A DNA stretch of 57,987 nt, filler included, from Sphacelaria rigidula (Eukaryota), in NCBI GenBank assembly GCA_964200075.2. It is 7 parts of 7 records of this genome, joined end to end, with 100 filler letters (N's around TTAATTAATTAA, not from the genome) between each part and the next. Parts side by side here need not be neighbours in the genome. Positions count along the whole stretch, not along the records: positions 1 to 8,200 come from CAXNAA020011939.1; positions 8,301 to 16,498 come from CAXNAA020011940.1; 5 more parts are not named here. One strand, written 5' to 3'. The notes beneath the pieces were generated by a model. It was not told where the DNA came from, made no database searches, and was given only the letters and a program-made list of their open reading frames with translations. The translations under genes and the position numbers were made by a program. Positions within the stretch are counted from its first letter, which is position 1. Each line of letters begins with the position of its first letter. This document shows positions 1-13,100 of the stretch, one piece after another.

Positions 1-699
1 GAAGCGCTGCACGAAACTAGAAATAGCGAAGTGTATGGATAAAATGTTCCTTCCTGTCCTCTGGGGACAAAACAAGAACAAAAACGAATTGTTCGTTTTT
101 TCCCGATTCAGTACTTTATTGTGACGGCTCTTGAGTAAGATGGCATGCCACACCGCTCTGTTGGGTTTCAGTGCTTGCAAAGAACAACACGTAATCACTC
201 CTGTACTGCACTGTTTTGTGTCTACGACAGTCCATACCCATAGTACAGTGCAGGGTGTACAGATGAAACCCGGTGTTTGCTGAACGCCGAGCAATGTGAA
301 AGGGACAGCACAGCACGGTGTACAGCACCACCGTGTACATATATTAGTGCGAAAGCCTGCATCATAACCAGCTGCACTGTGTGTACACCGCCGCATACTC
401 CGTACTTGTACCGTAGCGCAGTGGGTTCTTCCCGTTGTGTTTCACAACATCAGTACTGGTAGCAGGAGGAAGTTCGTATCGGTGGTGTCGAGACTACGGG
501 GTTTTGAGACTCTGTGGGTAAACATACAACTTGACCGTTCGTCACGGATCGTCTTTCGGCCTGCTTGTGCAGGGCGATCGAGAAGAGTGGCAACTTTCTT
601 TTCTTGAGTCCGAGCGCCTGGTATGAAAAACTGTTCCGAGACGGATCACTCGATTATTTGGATAAGTTATGAACCCAAAAACGACGCGACTTACTTGAT

Positions 700-895
700 G
701 CCAGTATCAAGCGGCGAGACATTCACGCCAGTAATATATTCGAAATTGAAAATCATATTTGATGATGAGATGAGACAAGCTGCGAGACATTTACGCCAGT
801 AGTCTATTTGAAATTGAATATCATATTTGATGATATGAGACAAGCGGCGAGACATGTACACCAGTAATATATTTGATGATGAGATGCAAACTACG
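700..895. repeat. Tandem repeat, ~65-bp unit, about 3 copies
   Basis: Recurring gagacat..acgccagta.tatatt...tcatatttgatgat.agatgagacaagc. Confidence 0.8.
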
Positions 896-954
896 CGACG
901 TTCGACAAGCTTTGTTTCGGGCTGCGTGCTTTTTTTTCTTGCGGCGGGCAGTGT

Positions 955-1612
955 GTGACGGCATTTCACTTTTTGGCGAGCCACCAGGTGCTGCTTCGTT
1001 CTGTACGGCTGTGCACAAAGGGCAAATTCGGCTTTCAACAGCGAGTACCCTTCATGTATTGAGTTGCAGAGGGCGAGGTCACACATGAACTTCGGCTGTT
1101 GTGTCTGAGGGTTCAAGCGGAGGAGCCAAGGCACGAAGAGTGATTTTTATTTCAGACTGCGCACTATATTTGCCCAGGTCGGCACAGCCACGATGTTTCA
1201 AGTTACTGCCTGTACATACTGAAAATAATATGTAAACCATGCCATTCGCGCCAACTTGCATCTTCGACCAAATGCTATTTTTTGGCATCAATCGATGTCA
1301 TGACATTTGCTTCGGTGGCGGTCTGCCATGTGCTGCTCTGTTCTGTAGGGATGTGCGCAAAGGACAATCTCACGTATCATCAGCGAATACCCTTTTATCC
1401 CTTGACTTGTAGGGGACGAGTTCACAGATGAAATACGGCTGTCTTGTGGCGGACGGTTTCAAGGCAAAACCCAAGGCGCTACGAGGTAGAGCGATTTTTA
1501 TTTTCGATGACACACTGGTCATGTTTGACCGGGTCGGCAGAGCAACGATGTTTCACGTGACAGCGTGTTCATATTACAAATAACGTGTAAGCTATGCGAC
1601 TTCAGCCAACTT
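955..1612. repeat. Diverged tandem duplication, ~340-bp unit x2
   Basis: ~955-1270 aligns by eye with ~1298-1612 (gtgcacaaagggcaa/gtgcgcaaaggacaa; cagcgagtaccctt/cagcgaataccctt; gtcggcacagccacgatgtttca/gtcggcagagcaacgatgtttca; gccaacttgc). Confidence 0.8.
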
Positions 1613-3724
1613 GCTGTTTGAACGGGACACTACACAGACGTCAAGGAGCACACTCGGTTACTAACCAATAAACCTCATTTGAGGGGCGTCGCCCGCTCCT
1701 ATATCACCATCCATCCCGTCTCTGCCGGCCTCACCGTTTTTTCCCGTCACGTTTGTCCAACTTCGTCCCTTGCGAGATTTTGAAATTAGGGGAAAATTGA
1801 CGTTGAAGATGTTGATCGGACAGAGTGAACCAGACCGTGCCCAAGCGACTGATGAGATGGGATTCCTTCCCCTCATGCCATGACCCTGACCTCATGGGGC
1901 CCATGAAAAATTCACTCTCCAATCCCGCAGTCATAGCTGTGTGTAGCAGCGCGCAGCCAATCCGCACAGCGTGAACCTCTTGATCGTCAACATCATCAGC
2001 ATCGTTCTCAGTAGTTTTCGCATGCGCGACGCTGCTGCTCATGATCTCCAAATTCCCGTACTTTCTCGTTCTAGCACCGTGTCAGGCACGCCTTTCACTG
2101 CAGTTACGTTGGTGTGTGGCAGCCACAACAGCTGCTGTTCGTGCTCTTGTCTTGTGATCTTCGCAATGACGGTAAACGTGGGGTGGCAGCTTGGGGACGT
2201 GTGCTTCCCGAGTGGTACAGACAGAAGCAGGACCCCAGCTAGTGCAACAAGATTGTCCTTCTACTGATGTGAAGCTTTCCATAGAGAATATCACCTCAAC
2301 ACCGACCACTCCCACGCTTGGATAAATGTACTAGAAATATAGGTTATTTCATATGAGCCAGGTCGTTATTTGTAGGCGACGGCGTGGCGCGTGTATTTTC
2401 CATTGATCTGATTCGTTGGGTCACGGGCCACTTCTGACGCATATAGCGTTCAGCTTGTACTTGCCAGGAATATAGTACCCCAAATCGGCCCCCATTCCTA
2501 CCCATAACTGTACTAAAGTGTAGTGCACTGTAGTACTGTACTGTACCGTGCTTACTGCTGTATTTACTGTGTCGTCCTGGACTGCCAATATCCGCAGAAG
2601 TGTACTGAAGCGTCCTTATCTGTAAAATCCCAAAGGAGTGCGCTGGACATGGACACCTTCGTGGCACGTAGGTTGACCGAAACGGAGGCTGATCATGCAC
2701 GCCAACATGGTTGTCCTAGGGCCGCAACACGCTTCGCACCACTTGCAGCCCTTGCGGATTGCAGTGTCTGTGTTTTACATTTCGGTGGGGTGTACCATGA
2801 GTAACGCTTGCTTCCATGTTGGATTGTCCGAGCACACATGCAGCGGACGATTCAATCAGGCGGATCCTTGCACCGGTTCCTGCATTGATTATGTAGCTGA
2901 TATATGACGCCTGGGTCTTCATGTGGGGGTCATGGCGGATAGAAGACATGCCAGAACTCGATCTTTGTAGGCAGCTGAGCGGCAGCGACGGTTCGGCGCC
3001 GCATAGTGATGGTGACAGTCGCAACGATCGCGCCACTGCCCCCGCCTTCATCATTGTGCTGCTCCTTCGCAGGTCTGTGAGCATGGGCACGAGCTGCGGG
3101 GATGTCGGGGCCATAGACGACCTCTCGCATGAAGGACAACAAGACGCACCTAGACACCGGGGAGATACACGGAGTTCGTAACATTCCAGGATCAACCTCT
3201 GCTTTTTAGTCTCCGCCTCATGGTATGCTCTCCGCAGTAGTGCGGATGTTGGCAGCTGATCCTCTTCACCACGGTAGAAGCCCGTGTGTTTGCAATTTCC
3301 ATCGTCAGGCGCTTTGATTGTCCGTCGGCGAGTGGGCAAGTGCCGTGTAATTCTGTTCACTGCAATCTCAGGCAAGGCTTCTGTCGCGGATGGTGTTCAG
3401 AGAGAAATGGTCTCGCACGAGAAACCCCTAATGCATAGTCGACACATAGCATAGGGCTCTGAGGTCATGTTCACCGCGCGCTCGTTTATCACCGTCTCAC
3501 GGCTGTCGCCACCCCCCCTCCATTACTTTATCGCCTGCGCCACCACCGCCGGTAGGAGGTGCCGCCTGGAAGCCTCGCAGACAACCGCGAGACGGCACCG
3601 CGAAATCCCGCTGAAAAATCCACCGAACGGTCAGGTAGGCGCCGATGCTGCTGGCGCTGTGATATGGTTACGCTTTAGCCCCGTAAGCGCGCTCAAGGTT
3701 TCGCTTGATCCGAGGTTTCTGGGC

Positions 3725-3849
3725 TTAACCCTTTTGAAACCCATTGACGATTTTTATTTTTGTCAATCAGCATCGCTTTCGGTCATTCTCAATTCAAAAT
3801 GATGCCGATTTACAGAAACAAAATCGTCAGTGGGTCCCAAAAAGGTTCA
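3725..3849. mobile_element. Short palindromic MITE with piggyBac-like TTAA-CCCT end
   Basis: ttaacccttttgaaacccattgacgatttt...gcatc is imperfectly inverted by gatgccg...aaaatcgtcagtgggtcccaaaaagg. Confidence 0.55.
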
Positions 3850-6800
3850 ATAAGCCTTTTCTTTTAAAGTTTAAGATGAGCTTACAAATTTTGAAAAACT
3901 TACAATGTGCTCGAACCGCGCATAGAGTTGCGATAATTTTTTATGCACCTGCTGCAGCCATTGCACCAGCTGCCTGGAAGTTCCCCCCATGGCCTATGGC
4001 GTGATTCGTGACTGGTCACCAGACAGGCTTCAATACTCCAAACCGCCATGGTTGTGGGTCTGATCGGACAAAAGTTTGTGTATATTTCATACATTTGATA
4101 CTGTGTTGAGTCGAAAAATGTTATCAATATTTTGTACAATACTTGTGACATGCGGTGGGGCTCATTGTACATTGTACAACGTACAACCTACAGCGTTTTG
4201 GAGGGATAACCAGTGAAAGCAGGAGATATTTTGCTATATAGCTTGTAGCTTCCTGGGCTACAGACTAAAGGCTGCGATATCCCGTGTCCGGGGGCTGCTA
4301 TGCCCCACTGCTGCATCATGTTCGATGAGGGCACGAGTATGTAGTGGCACCTGTTGTTCCGATAGGTCGTTTGGGGTGACCTTCAATCTAAATGATCGGA
4401 GAAAAGTCCTACTTCCAAAAAACAAAATGAAGCTTCGAATACCTGTATTGTCCCCTTCCCATCCAGGAAGGCGCGCCTCGTCAGGGGATACTGCCACAAT
4501 GCCACAACAACGACGCGAAGGAGGCGCATAAAGTACGCATTTTTCGCTGAAAAAAACTCAAGATGGTGCCTAAAAGAAGGGGGAAAGCCCATAAAAGAAA
4601 GCGGAGCTTGATTGAAAAAAACAAAACGAGATCACGGAGCTAAAGCCTAGGTAGCGTCGGTCCTGGCAGGGTAATATGAATGGCACAGCGGCGCGCGGTC
4701 ATTTTTTCTTCAATACCCATAATTATAGTGCCACGTACGCCATCCCTCCCTCAACGTGACCCGTCCTATGGTGTCCGGCGGTGTCGTCGTCCCCCCGTGC
4801 AGCTGTAGGAAGTGCCGATCCTCCTCTCAGCTGCACCGGGGGAAGTCCGAGTGAAGTCTGTGCTGAAGTCCTCAACTTAGACCTCACGTTGAGGGAGAGG
4901 ACCAGAAACGACGGGAGTGGGAGCAGCGAAGTGTGCGGTGCACTGCGCGAGCGGCTGCTCGCGGCCTCCGATGGCGGCGGTATCTTGGGTGGCCATTGGG
5001 CGAATGTGGGAGGAATCGTTTCACCTTCCGAACCTCCCCGCCTCTTCCCTTCGACTTCGCCGGCGGATTCCGCGCCATCACGATTAGGACGGCCGCCGAC
5101 TGTGTTGCCGGCCAACGTGAATGATGATCGCACCAGGCGATCGATCGTGGCGGCGGGCGGGTGATGGACATCACGCCGATTACAGGAGTGTATCGCCCGG
5201 TGGAAGGCAGCAAAGTTCGCCTGTGGGTCGTAGAAGGGCGAGACCTCAGCTCCGATAAAACGCAACGGGAGGCGACCGTTTCGTGGGAAGGGCGAACGTG
5301 GGGCGGCCGGCACTTGGACTGCCGGCTTGTGCAAATGGTGTGAGAGGAACCACCTCCAGCATGACAGGTTATGTGCTGCCTGCCATCGCCCCGCCACTCG
5401 GTATCGCCACCTCGCGCCCCACATAACCTCTCCCGCGTTCGAGTGGTGGCAGGCAAGCCGGCGGCGACCGAGAAGCACAGATGCGAACGCAACTTTAAGT
5501 GCGCGCAGATGGGGAAGGATTGCCACCTTGTATTGTGTGGGTGCAAGGGGCGGTGCGATCCTGCTATTGACGCACAAATCGTTCCGATGAGCGAAGGGTT
5601 GGAAGTAGTGATGGTGAATGGGGTGGACCCGGATGTGACGGCGGCGACGAAGCGGAGGCGAGACGCGGACAACGACGTCGTCGAATGGTACTTGGAGCAC
5701 ATTTACGATGCTTGAGAGAGTGGATAAGGCACAGGTGCGATACTACCCGGATCGGCGAAGAAATTTCGTGCCAAGAGTCATCCGCCCCCGTCCTCACGTG
5801 TGTGCACCGGAAAACCGCATCTCGTGGCCTATTGACGAGGATGCGATATCCTGTTTATATCGACCAGTCATGCCGCTCGGCGGTGCTGTCTTCGTGCCCG
5901 CGGTATCCTGAGTGGACCAGGACTGAGGCTTGTTCACCCTCTGTGCGTTTATTCATCCCCGCCCGCCGTACGATTTGCCTCAGGTGCACCTAGGGCGGTG
6001 AGGTGTTCCGCGAGGCTGCGACGGGTTGCAGTGAGGATGGATGAAGAGTGTGTAGAAGATACGATCCAACTTTAAGCCATCGAAGTACCGGTAGTATTTG
6101 ACTTCGTGCACGTGATATCTGCGCGCAATATCTGCATATGTGGCGGCGGCGGCTACGGGTTGTAAAAGAGCGGTTTGCTTTCGAATGTTTAGCGCTGCAA
6201 GTGCGTTGATTCGTTGGGATATCCATCTTGCCGGTGTATACTTTGTCGAAGGTGATTGCGGTTGAACCTCGTCGGCAGCCGTGGAGGATAGAGTTATCGC
6301 GAGACGTATTGAATGTTGATGGCAGGTGTTCTTGCTCAGGGCACGGCACATTTTGAAAGTGAATCTGGCGTTTTTGAAGCCTTCTCCAGCACATTCCTCA
6401 CTAGCAATTATTAATAGGCGCTAGCATCGCGAGGTAATTCATTCGCATGCCGAAAATAATGTATGAATGACCTCAACCGCCTTCAAGTGCCAGTGCCGCA
6501 TTTTTTTTTTTTCAATTTTTTTTTTTGGCGTAGAATTCGGACATGTATGCGCAAAAGGTCCCCTGCATGGCGGGGCTGATACGAGCTGGAATATCACGCC
6601 GCGACCATTTCATGTCGGCGTTGATCAATGTACATATTTTCGTTATCACACGACTGCAATATCCCTCTTACGTAGTTTGTCTGACTTCGCATTCCCGGCG
6701 ATGGGCACGGGCCACCCACGAGGCTACTGGGCACTCCTGCAGGCATCATCACCTGACGTTGGGTTCACGACACCAAAATTTGTTTTCGGAGAAAGCCGCC

Positions 6801-7420
6801 AAAATGCTATTGTGAAATCCCGCTCCCAACGTCACTTCTTACGTGGCCGGAAAACATGTTGTGGACATATCCCTTTTTCGCCTTCGCCGCCGTTTTTACC
6901 CCAAAAGTAGATTCAGGCGGATGTTGACATGTCGGATGGCTTGTCTCATGCGTGGACACCGTGCCAGAGCACTTTCATGATCTCCGTATCAGATTTTCCT
7001 TGCGATGGGTCGAACCCGCATTTTGAACAAGAGACGCGCCGACGTGAAAAGAAAAGAAGAAAACCTTAGCATCTCGGGGCTTTCTGCGCGTCAAGGTCGA
7101 GTTTTTGGCGAAACTTGCATGTTCAGTAAGAAGGTATCAATTTTGTGTCGAAATAATGACAATTTTGTGTACTACATATGTTTTTGACCTGGTCATTGGT
7201 TACTGAAAATGAAAGTCCGGGCGAAAATGAAGCTGTAACATACGGAAGAAGTAAAGGCGCTCTCGAACGGTATTGGCGAAAGCATGAAGTCATCCACACG
7301 TATGAACATCCGCCGTAACCTCGTTCTCGGGCGAAAAAACGACAGAGAAGGGCGAGGAAGCGACTTGTCAACAAGATATTTTTTCGAGAAGTGAGAAGTG
7401 GCAAAAAAACATTTTTTCTG

Positions 7421-7863
7421 TGAGGCCGGATGTTATGGGAAACACATTTTTGTCCCACGGATTGTTCACTTTTGCGACGTTTGAGCCACTTTTTGACCCC
7501 CAAACAGTGAAAACCGCCAACACACGTCTCGGACACTTTACATCACCCCACAGAGAGGAGCCTAGTCTGCTTTTCAGATTCGCTTGGCTCCAAGGCTTCG
7601 AGATCGGCCGCTGAACAATAGTGCGTGTGAAAACTCTGTGCTTACCGACCCCCGCCAGTTTGCCCAATAATTTGTGGAGATCGCCGTAGATTTTATCGCA
7701 CACGGGTTGTTGTCCACAGGCCGCTCTCGAAACCTTGGAACCAAGCGAATCTGAAAAGAGGGTTAGGCTCCTCTCTGTGGGATGATGCAAAGTTTCAGAG
7801 GCATGTGTTGGCGATTTTCCACGTTTTGGGGGTCAAAAATCTGTGTGCCATAAGATCCGCCTG
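7421..7863. mobile_element. Foldback/MITE family A, copy 1
   Basis: Long inverted arms (tttttgacccc...cgccaacaca...cccacagagaggagccta...ttttcagattcgcttgg and its reverse complement). Homologous to 34636-35125 and 30763-30880. Confidence 0.85.
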
Positions 7864-8200
7864 AATACAACGAAGTGAAAAAAAAGTAGGCGTTTGTCAA
7901 CCCTCACTTTCGTGGCGGCATCTACTGCAGCATTTGCACTGATCATACACAACCGACACCGGCGCGCCAGTTCATTTGAGTGAACAGCCTTCTCAGTGTA
8001 GTCTACAACAGTGCTGATCAACCACGGTACAGAGGTACCTGTCTTCACGAGTTTCGACAGTTACATGCGGTGGGGTTTGATACCATAGTAGGCGTATGTC
8101 TTGTACTCCCGTACGCAATATCTCATTGAACAGCCAATCATCTATGTTGAGGATGGTGCTTTTGATTGAGGATGAGAACCCGGAGGATTAAAATCTTAGA

Positions 8201-8300
8201 NNNNNNNNNNNNNNNNNNNNNNNNNNNNNNNNNNNNNNNNNNNNTTAATTAATTAANNNNNNNNNNNNNNNNNNNNNNNNNNNNNNNNNNNNNNNNNNNN
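8201..8300. other. Assembly gap with artificial TTAATTAATTAA linker
   Basis: 100-bp N block with a central six-frame-stop 12-mer. Confidence 0.97.
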
Positions 8301-10198
8301 CTCAGGTGGGTGACGGTAGCTCACGATGTACCATTGATACCCCCCCCCCCCGCCGCAACCATACAAGATCATGAGTAACCCCCCCCCCCCCCCCCTCCCC
8401 TGCCATCGAACTTCAACTTGAGGTGCCTAAGCGTCTTGAAAGGTACAATACGGAAACCCTTTGTTTCCACCAGTTTTTAAATAACACCCCTTGAGGTATA
8501 CCTTCCCACCCCCCCCCCCAACACAACATGCACGGCCCTGCACAGTGATCGATAGGCACTCCTAGCCACAACACTGGTACACACGAACAACCACAGCATC
8601 GACAGGTACATACATGGGAACGCATAGCAACACCTACCCGCGGCTACCACCGAACCCGAGGCCGTCATCACGTGATCCACAAGTTTCATCCTGATGACGA
8701 CGCATCACCCGAACGACTACTTTCAGCTGCATTCCAGAGGGGGTGCTGTACCTCGAAAAGCAGAAGAACTACCGCGTTTGAACAGACATGTCCCCATCGG
8801 CCCCACCGCTACAACATATGGACTTGTATATACTTGGTACAAATGCTAGGTACAACATTTTGGCGAACGGATTGCACGGACGAGCGCTCCGACCACGGGT
8901 GGCTTGCTCAGACATGCAATAGCAGTCTTTGCATTCTCCCGTCAGCGTGCAAAACGGTGCTCCACTGCTTGGAACCAAACGAAGGGATTGATGACTACCC
9001 AGATCAGCAAGGCACCGTCTTGTAGTATATCCAGAGCATAGAAGCACGTAACTTCTGTGCTGATAAATACCCTCTGCACCTAATGCCACGCTCGCTCGCT
9101 CAAAAAAGACGCCAAACTCCCAGCACTCTACACTGGCCCACCTCACCGGCTCAAGTGCCACAGATTTACAGGGTCCCTGAAGATGTAGAGGATGCGGACA
9201 AATCTTCAGAGTCGCCGCAGATCCGCAGGGAGCCTTTCGCAGAATCTGCTTCGCTTCCATGATCCCCGTCGAACCTACCGAGGGTGCCTGACTCTCTGTA
9301 GATCCTGAACAGTAGATCTGCAGCATTTGAACTGGTCAAGCGTGGCGTGTGCCTTCATGAAGGCAGTAAACACACAATTATCAACACTTCTCCCCCTCAC
9401 CATATTCTGACATGCTTCCGATTTGAACAGCGCAAAAAATGAAATGACCAACCCGTCCACAGCCGTCAATGCCGATCGCTCAACCCAATCTACACGGCGC
9501 TTTACCCGCGGGTATCCAACTCATCATTACGCTCAAGGCATCACGATATACTATGTTACATTATCCGCGGAGGAAACCAAGAGACTGCGATATACTATGT
9601 TACATTCTGCGCGAAGGAAAACAAGAGCAGGAGAGACGCCGGTCCTGTCGTATCACTTTCGTATTTGGACCTTGAAATGCTCATCGTCCATGGCATCCGA
9701 TCTTGACACGGAAATTCAGACAGGATGACCGAGACCGGGGCATTATCGAGCACCATGTTATACAACCTGAGTACTACACCGAGACCATCAAAAATAAATA
9801 GCGGAATCAAGGTAGAATCTGAATAACACTGGCTGCAAGACGCCGATAGCCCGAGTATTGCATGTCTATATGACGGAAAATCTCTCCCAAATCGACTCCG
9901 CAGGATAGCAGCAATGCAGACAATTCCGCACTCCGCTAATAATTACCCCCGCCTCGACCAACGCGGAGCGCCGTCCACGATCCAAGAAACAAATATGCAA
10001 CACCCCACGATAAATCTTACTGCGCTCCTACATGCGCATACGCTAGAGAGCAAATACGCACATGTCGAATTCTTGCCGGGTTTCACGTGCGCTGTCATTT
10101 GCACAAAACTCCGTCTCCTCCTTGCCCCCCTCCCCATTGCCACAGCCCTCCCTCACCGCATGCATTTCCCCTGTCGATGCGTCATGTATCCATCATAC

Positions 10199-13100
10199 TC
10201 ACGCCGTCGCCGCCACCGCCGCCTTCATCCCCTCGAAGGAGATGGCCACGCGCTGGCCTGTGCGTGCCGACACAGAGGCTTGCTCGGCAATGTGCGTGGT
10301 GCGGCACGAGTCGTGGCACGTCACCAGCGGCGAGACCTTGCCTCTCAGCGTCTGCTCAAACGCCACCACTTCGTCTGCGTATGCCTGAGATGACATAGGT
10401 GCAGCCAGTTCAAGGGGCGATAAAAAATAGCTCATTTTCCTTACATGTACCAAAGATGCAAGCACTTCCACCAAGTCTATGTGAACTTGATTAGGACGGG
10501 CGCGCGAACGCGCAAACGCTGAAATGACACACTTGTGCCCTTGGCCAAAAATCAACACAGAGAGGAACAAACACGAGCTGGCATAGTACCCATTCCGACA
10601 AATAGCTGCACTTGGGTGCAAAAATCACCATGCACACGCACACGGAAAGTAGAGTTCGAGCAGAGACGAAGCCTGCAACTCGTCACATCAGCAGTGGGTT
10701 CATGCTTGCGCCGAGCATACCTTTCGAAAGCGCTGCGGGAAAGAGTAGTCCGGTGGCGATAACGTATGACCTCGCCGATCGTAGAGCTCCAGGCCGGAGC
10801 TTCGCGGATTCCCGATTGACAGCATTCCCGCTTCGCCCATGACCTGTACAGCACAGTAGGTATCCACGTTGACGGGTGAGATCGCACAACAGGTGGTACG
10901 GACTGGTTGTCTACATAACATCCTGTTCTCTTGCAAGTGCTGCTTGCACACCGAGGTCATGAAGATATTGCACATGAGCACTCGGTGATCCTACGTTGAC
11001 ACGGCGCATCTTGACAGTGGGAAGAAGCTGCTCATGCAACCGTACCGATAAGCTTCCCTCGGATCACGAACGCATGCGAAAATCGTAGCTTATGAAGGGA
11101 TTGCTTGACGTGAAGGAATTGTATCAGCTCTCCACGAATACCTCAACCACACATGCACACAAATCTTCATGCAGAGAGCTTGTCGCAGTTCACGATTTCA
11201 AGATGCGTAGTTCTGACCAAACGAGTATCTCGCAACCGGCGAATGGTGAATGATGCTACTACCTTATCCGCAGATAAGTTATGACATCGCGCACATTTAG
11301 CCCCCCACCCACCCATAAACGAACATCACCTCGATTCGGTTGTCATAACCGTAGGCACTGCAGCGTGTCATTTCCATGGTGAAAACGGCGCCCGAAGGGA
11401 ACGTGATCATGCAGTGCGCGGAGTGCTTCACCCCAGCTTCGCCTAGCTGCTGCAAGTGCGAAGTAGCGGTGGCGTATACCTGTTGCGAGACAGTAAACGT
11501 GACAAGCGATAACGAAGACGCGAACCGCCCGGACACGAATGACGACCTCCAGGATAGCCCAACCGCTGACGCTTTCCCTTTCGAAATGCACGACAGTTAT
11601 TGATGGGTATGCTGTATATGAGCGCACTACAATATACGCACTAAAATATACGCACTAACTGCACGGGGGACAAGGATGCACAGGCACGATGGCGCGTGGG
11701 CAAACCCAAACTACTCCGATTATGTGTTCAAGAGCGATGAAGGTGCATAATCCACAAAATCATCCTCGCGCGACGTCGTGCCCAGCATCCGCCTTTTGGA
11801 AACCGTCAAAGGGCTACAAACTTCACCATGTGATATGGGATACACACACAGGACACGCAAATGAAAACCATATACGGCAGGAGCACCCATTGTTTCTACA
11901 TCGCCCGCGATCCGCTCAACGTGTAGTCAGCAGAAATGCATTGACAACCTCCACCCTGCCCCCCCTCGGTCACACACTACTCACCTCACTTGGCTCGCCG
12001 AGACCCAGGCTGAAGCACACGTAGTCGATGTCATGAGGACCAAGGTCATGAAATATATCTCCTCCCTACGTCGTCTCAGTTAGCGGCGGCGGCAGCGGCA
12101 GCAGGCAAGAGAAGATTCGCACGGGGCGAAAACGACAAGCCGAAACCGAAACCAAAACCGAAACCAAGAGAGGTCGTGCAAAGGGGCTTCTTTTGCACGC
12201 GGTTCGGCGGTAGGGGCATAGCGTCAAGGGAGGGAGGGAGGGAGGGGGGGGGTCCGCAGGTAGAGCAACCAATCCGAAGTCCGCCACGAGATGGAGCGGA
12301 TCGAACCGGTAGTGTAGACGCCAGGAAGAGTGACAAACGTCGAGAGCAGAAGGACGTTTTTCTGCGGTGAGATATCATACGGATGAGCGAAAAAAAGTAC
12401 CAGGTATCTTCTTGCAGCTGCCTCCCAACACTTGGAGGTGATTGTTGCTACCGCATCGCAACACTAGCCGAGGATCAGAATGAAGCTCTCGAAGCAATAA
12501 ACAGTAATCGCATGCATCCGTTTGTTTTTGACCGCCCGAGACTACTTGCTCGTGCTACTTCAAGCACTTGAAATATGTGCTGAAATTTGCTCGAAAGCTC
12601 CACGATAGGGGGCGATGGGGGGTGCTCACCTGTTTCAAGAACTCGATGGACGGCACAGGGTGATCACGGAAAACCGCATGCACCGAGCGCACGGTACCGA
12701 CAGCCCCATTTCGCACAGCCTCAGCCAGCTGCACGTATGTATGATCCGTTCGTCTACCGACAGTCGGCCATGGCGATGAGCATCGATGGCAGGAAGGAGG
12801 GCAGCAGTACGGCCAGTGAGCAGGTCAGGGGTACGCATGTCGTCAAGCACATGAAATTAAGCTTCAATATCAGTTTGGATACATGCCAGGAGGCTGAGTT
12901 TGTTGCGCCTTGTAGGGACGGGGATTTGGGACGGGATAGGGGCGGGGGGGTCCCAGATGACCTGAAATGAAGACGTCGAAAAATTCCCCACGTCGGACAG
13001 CTCATGAGCGACGTAAAATAAGTAGTTGGAGAGGACTCTGAGATCCATTGTAAAAAAGCACAAAATACAAAACAGCAGGGTCGGAGAAGCCGAAGCGCTA

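Noticed and set aside
700..895. ~65-bp periodic repeat as a CRISPR array
   Set aside because: Whole units repeat without unique spacers, there are no cas genes, and the context is eukaryotic.
1838..1915. CTGATGA...GAAA as a hammerhead ribozyme core
   Set aside because: A possible stem II (atggg/cccat) exists, but I found no convincing stems I and III or cleavage triplet.
8245..8256. TTAATTAATTAA recurring about every 8.3 kb as a periodic or regulatory motif
   Set aside because: It is always centred in a 100-N block, so it is an assembly linker with stops in all six frames.
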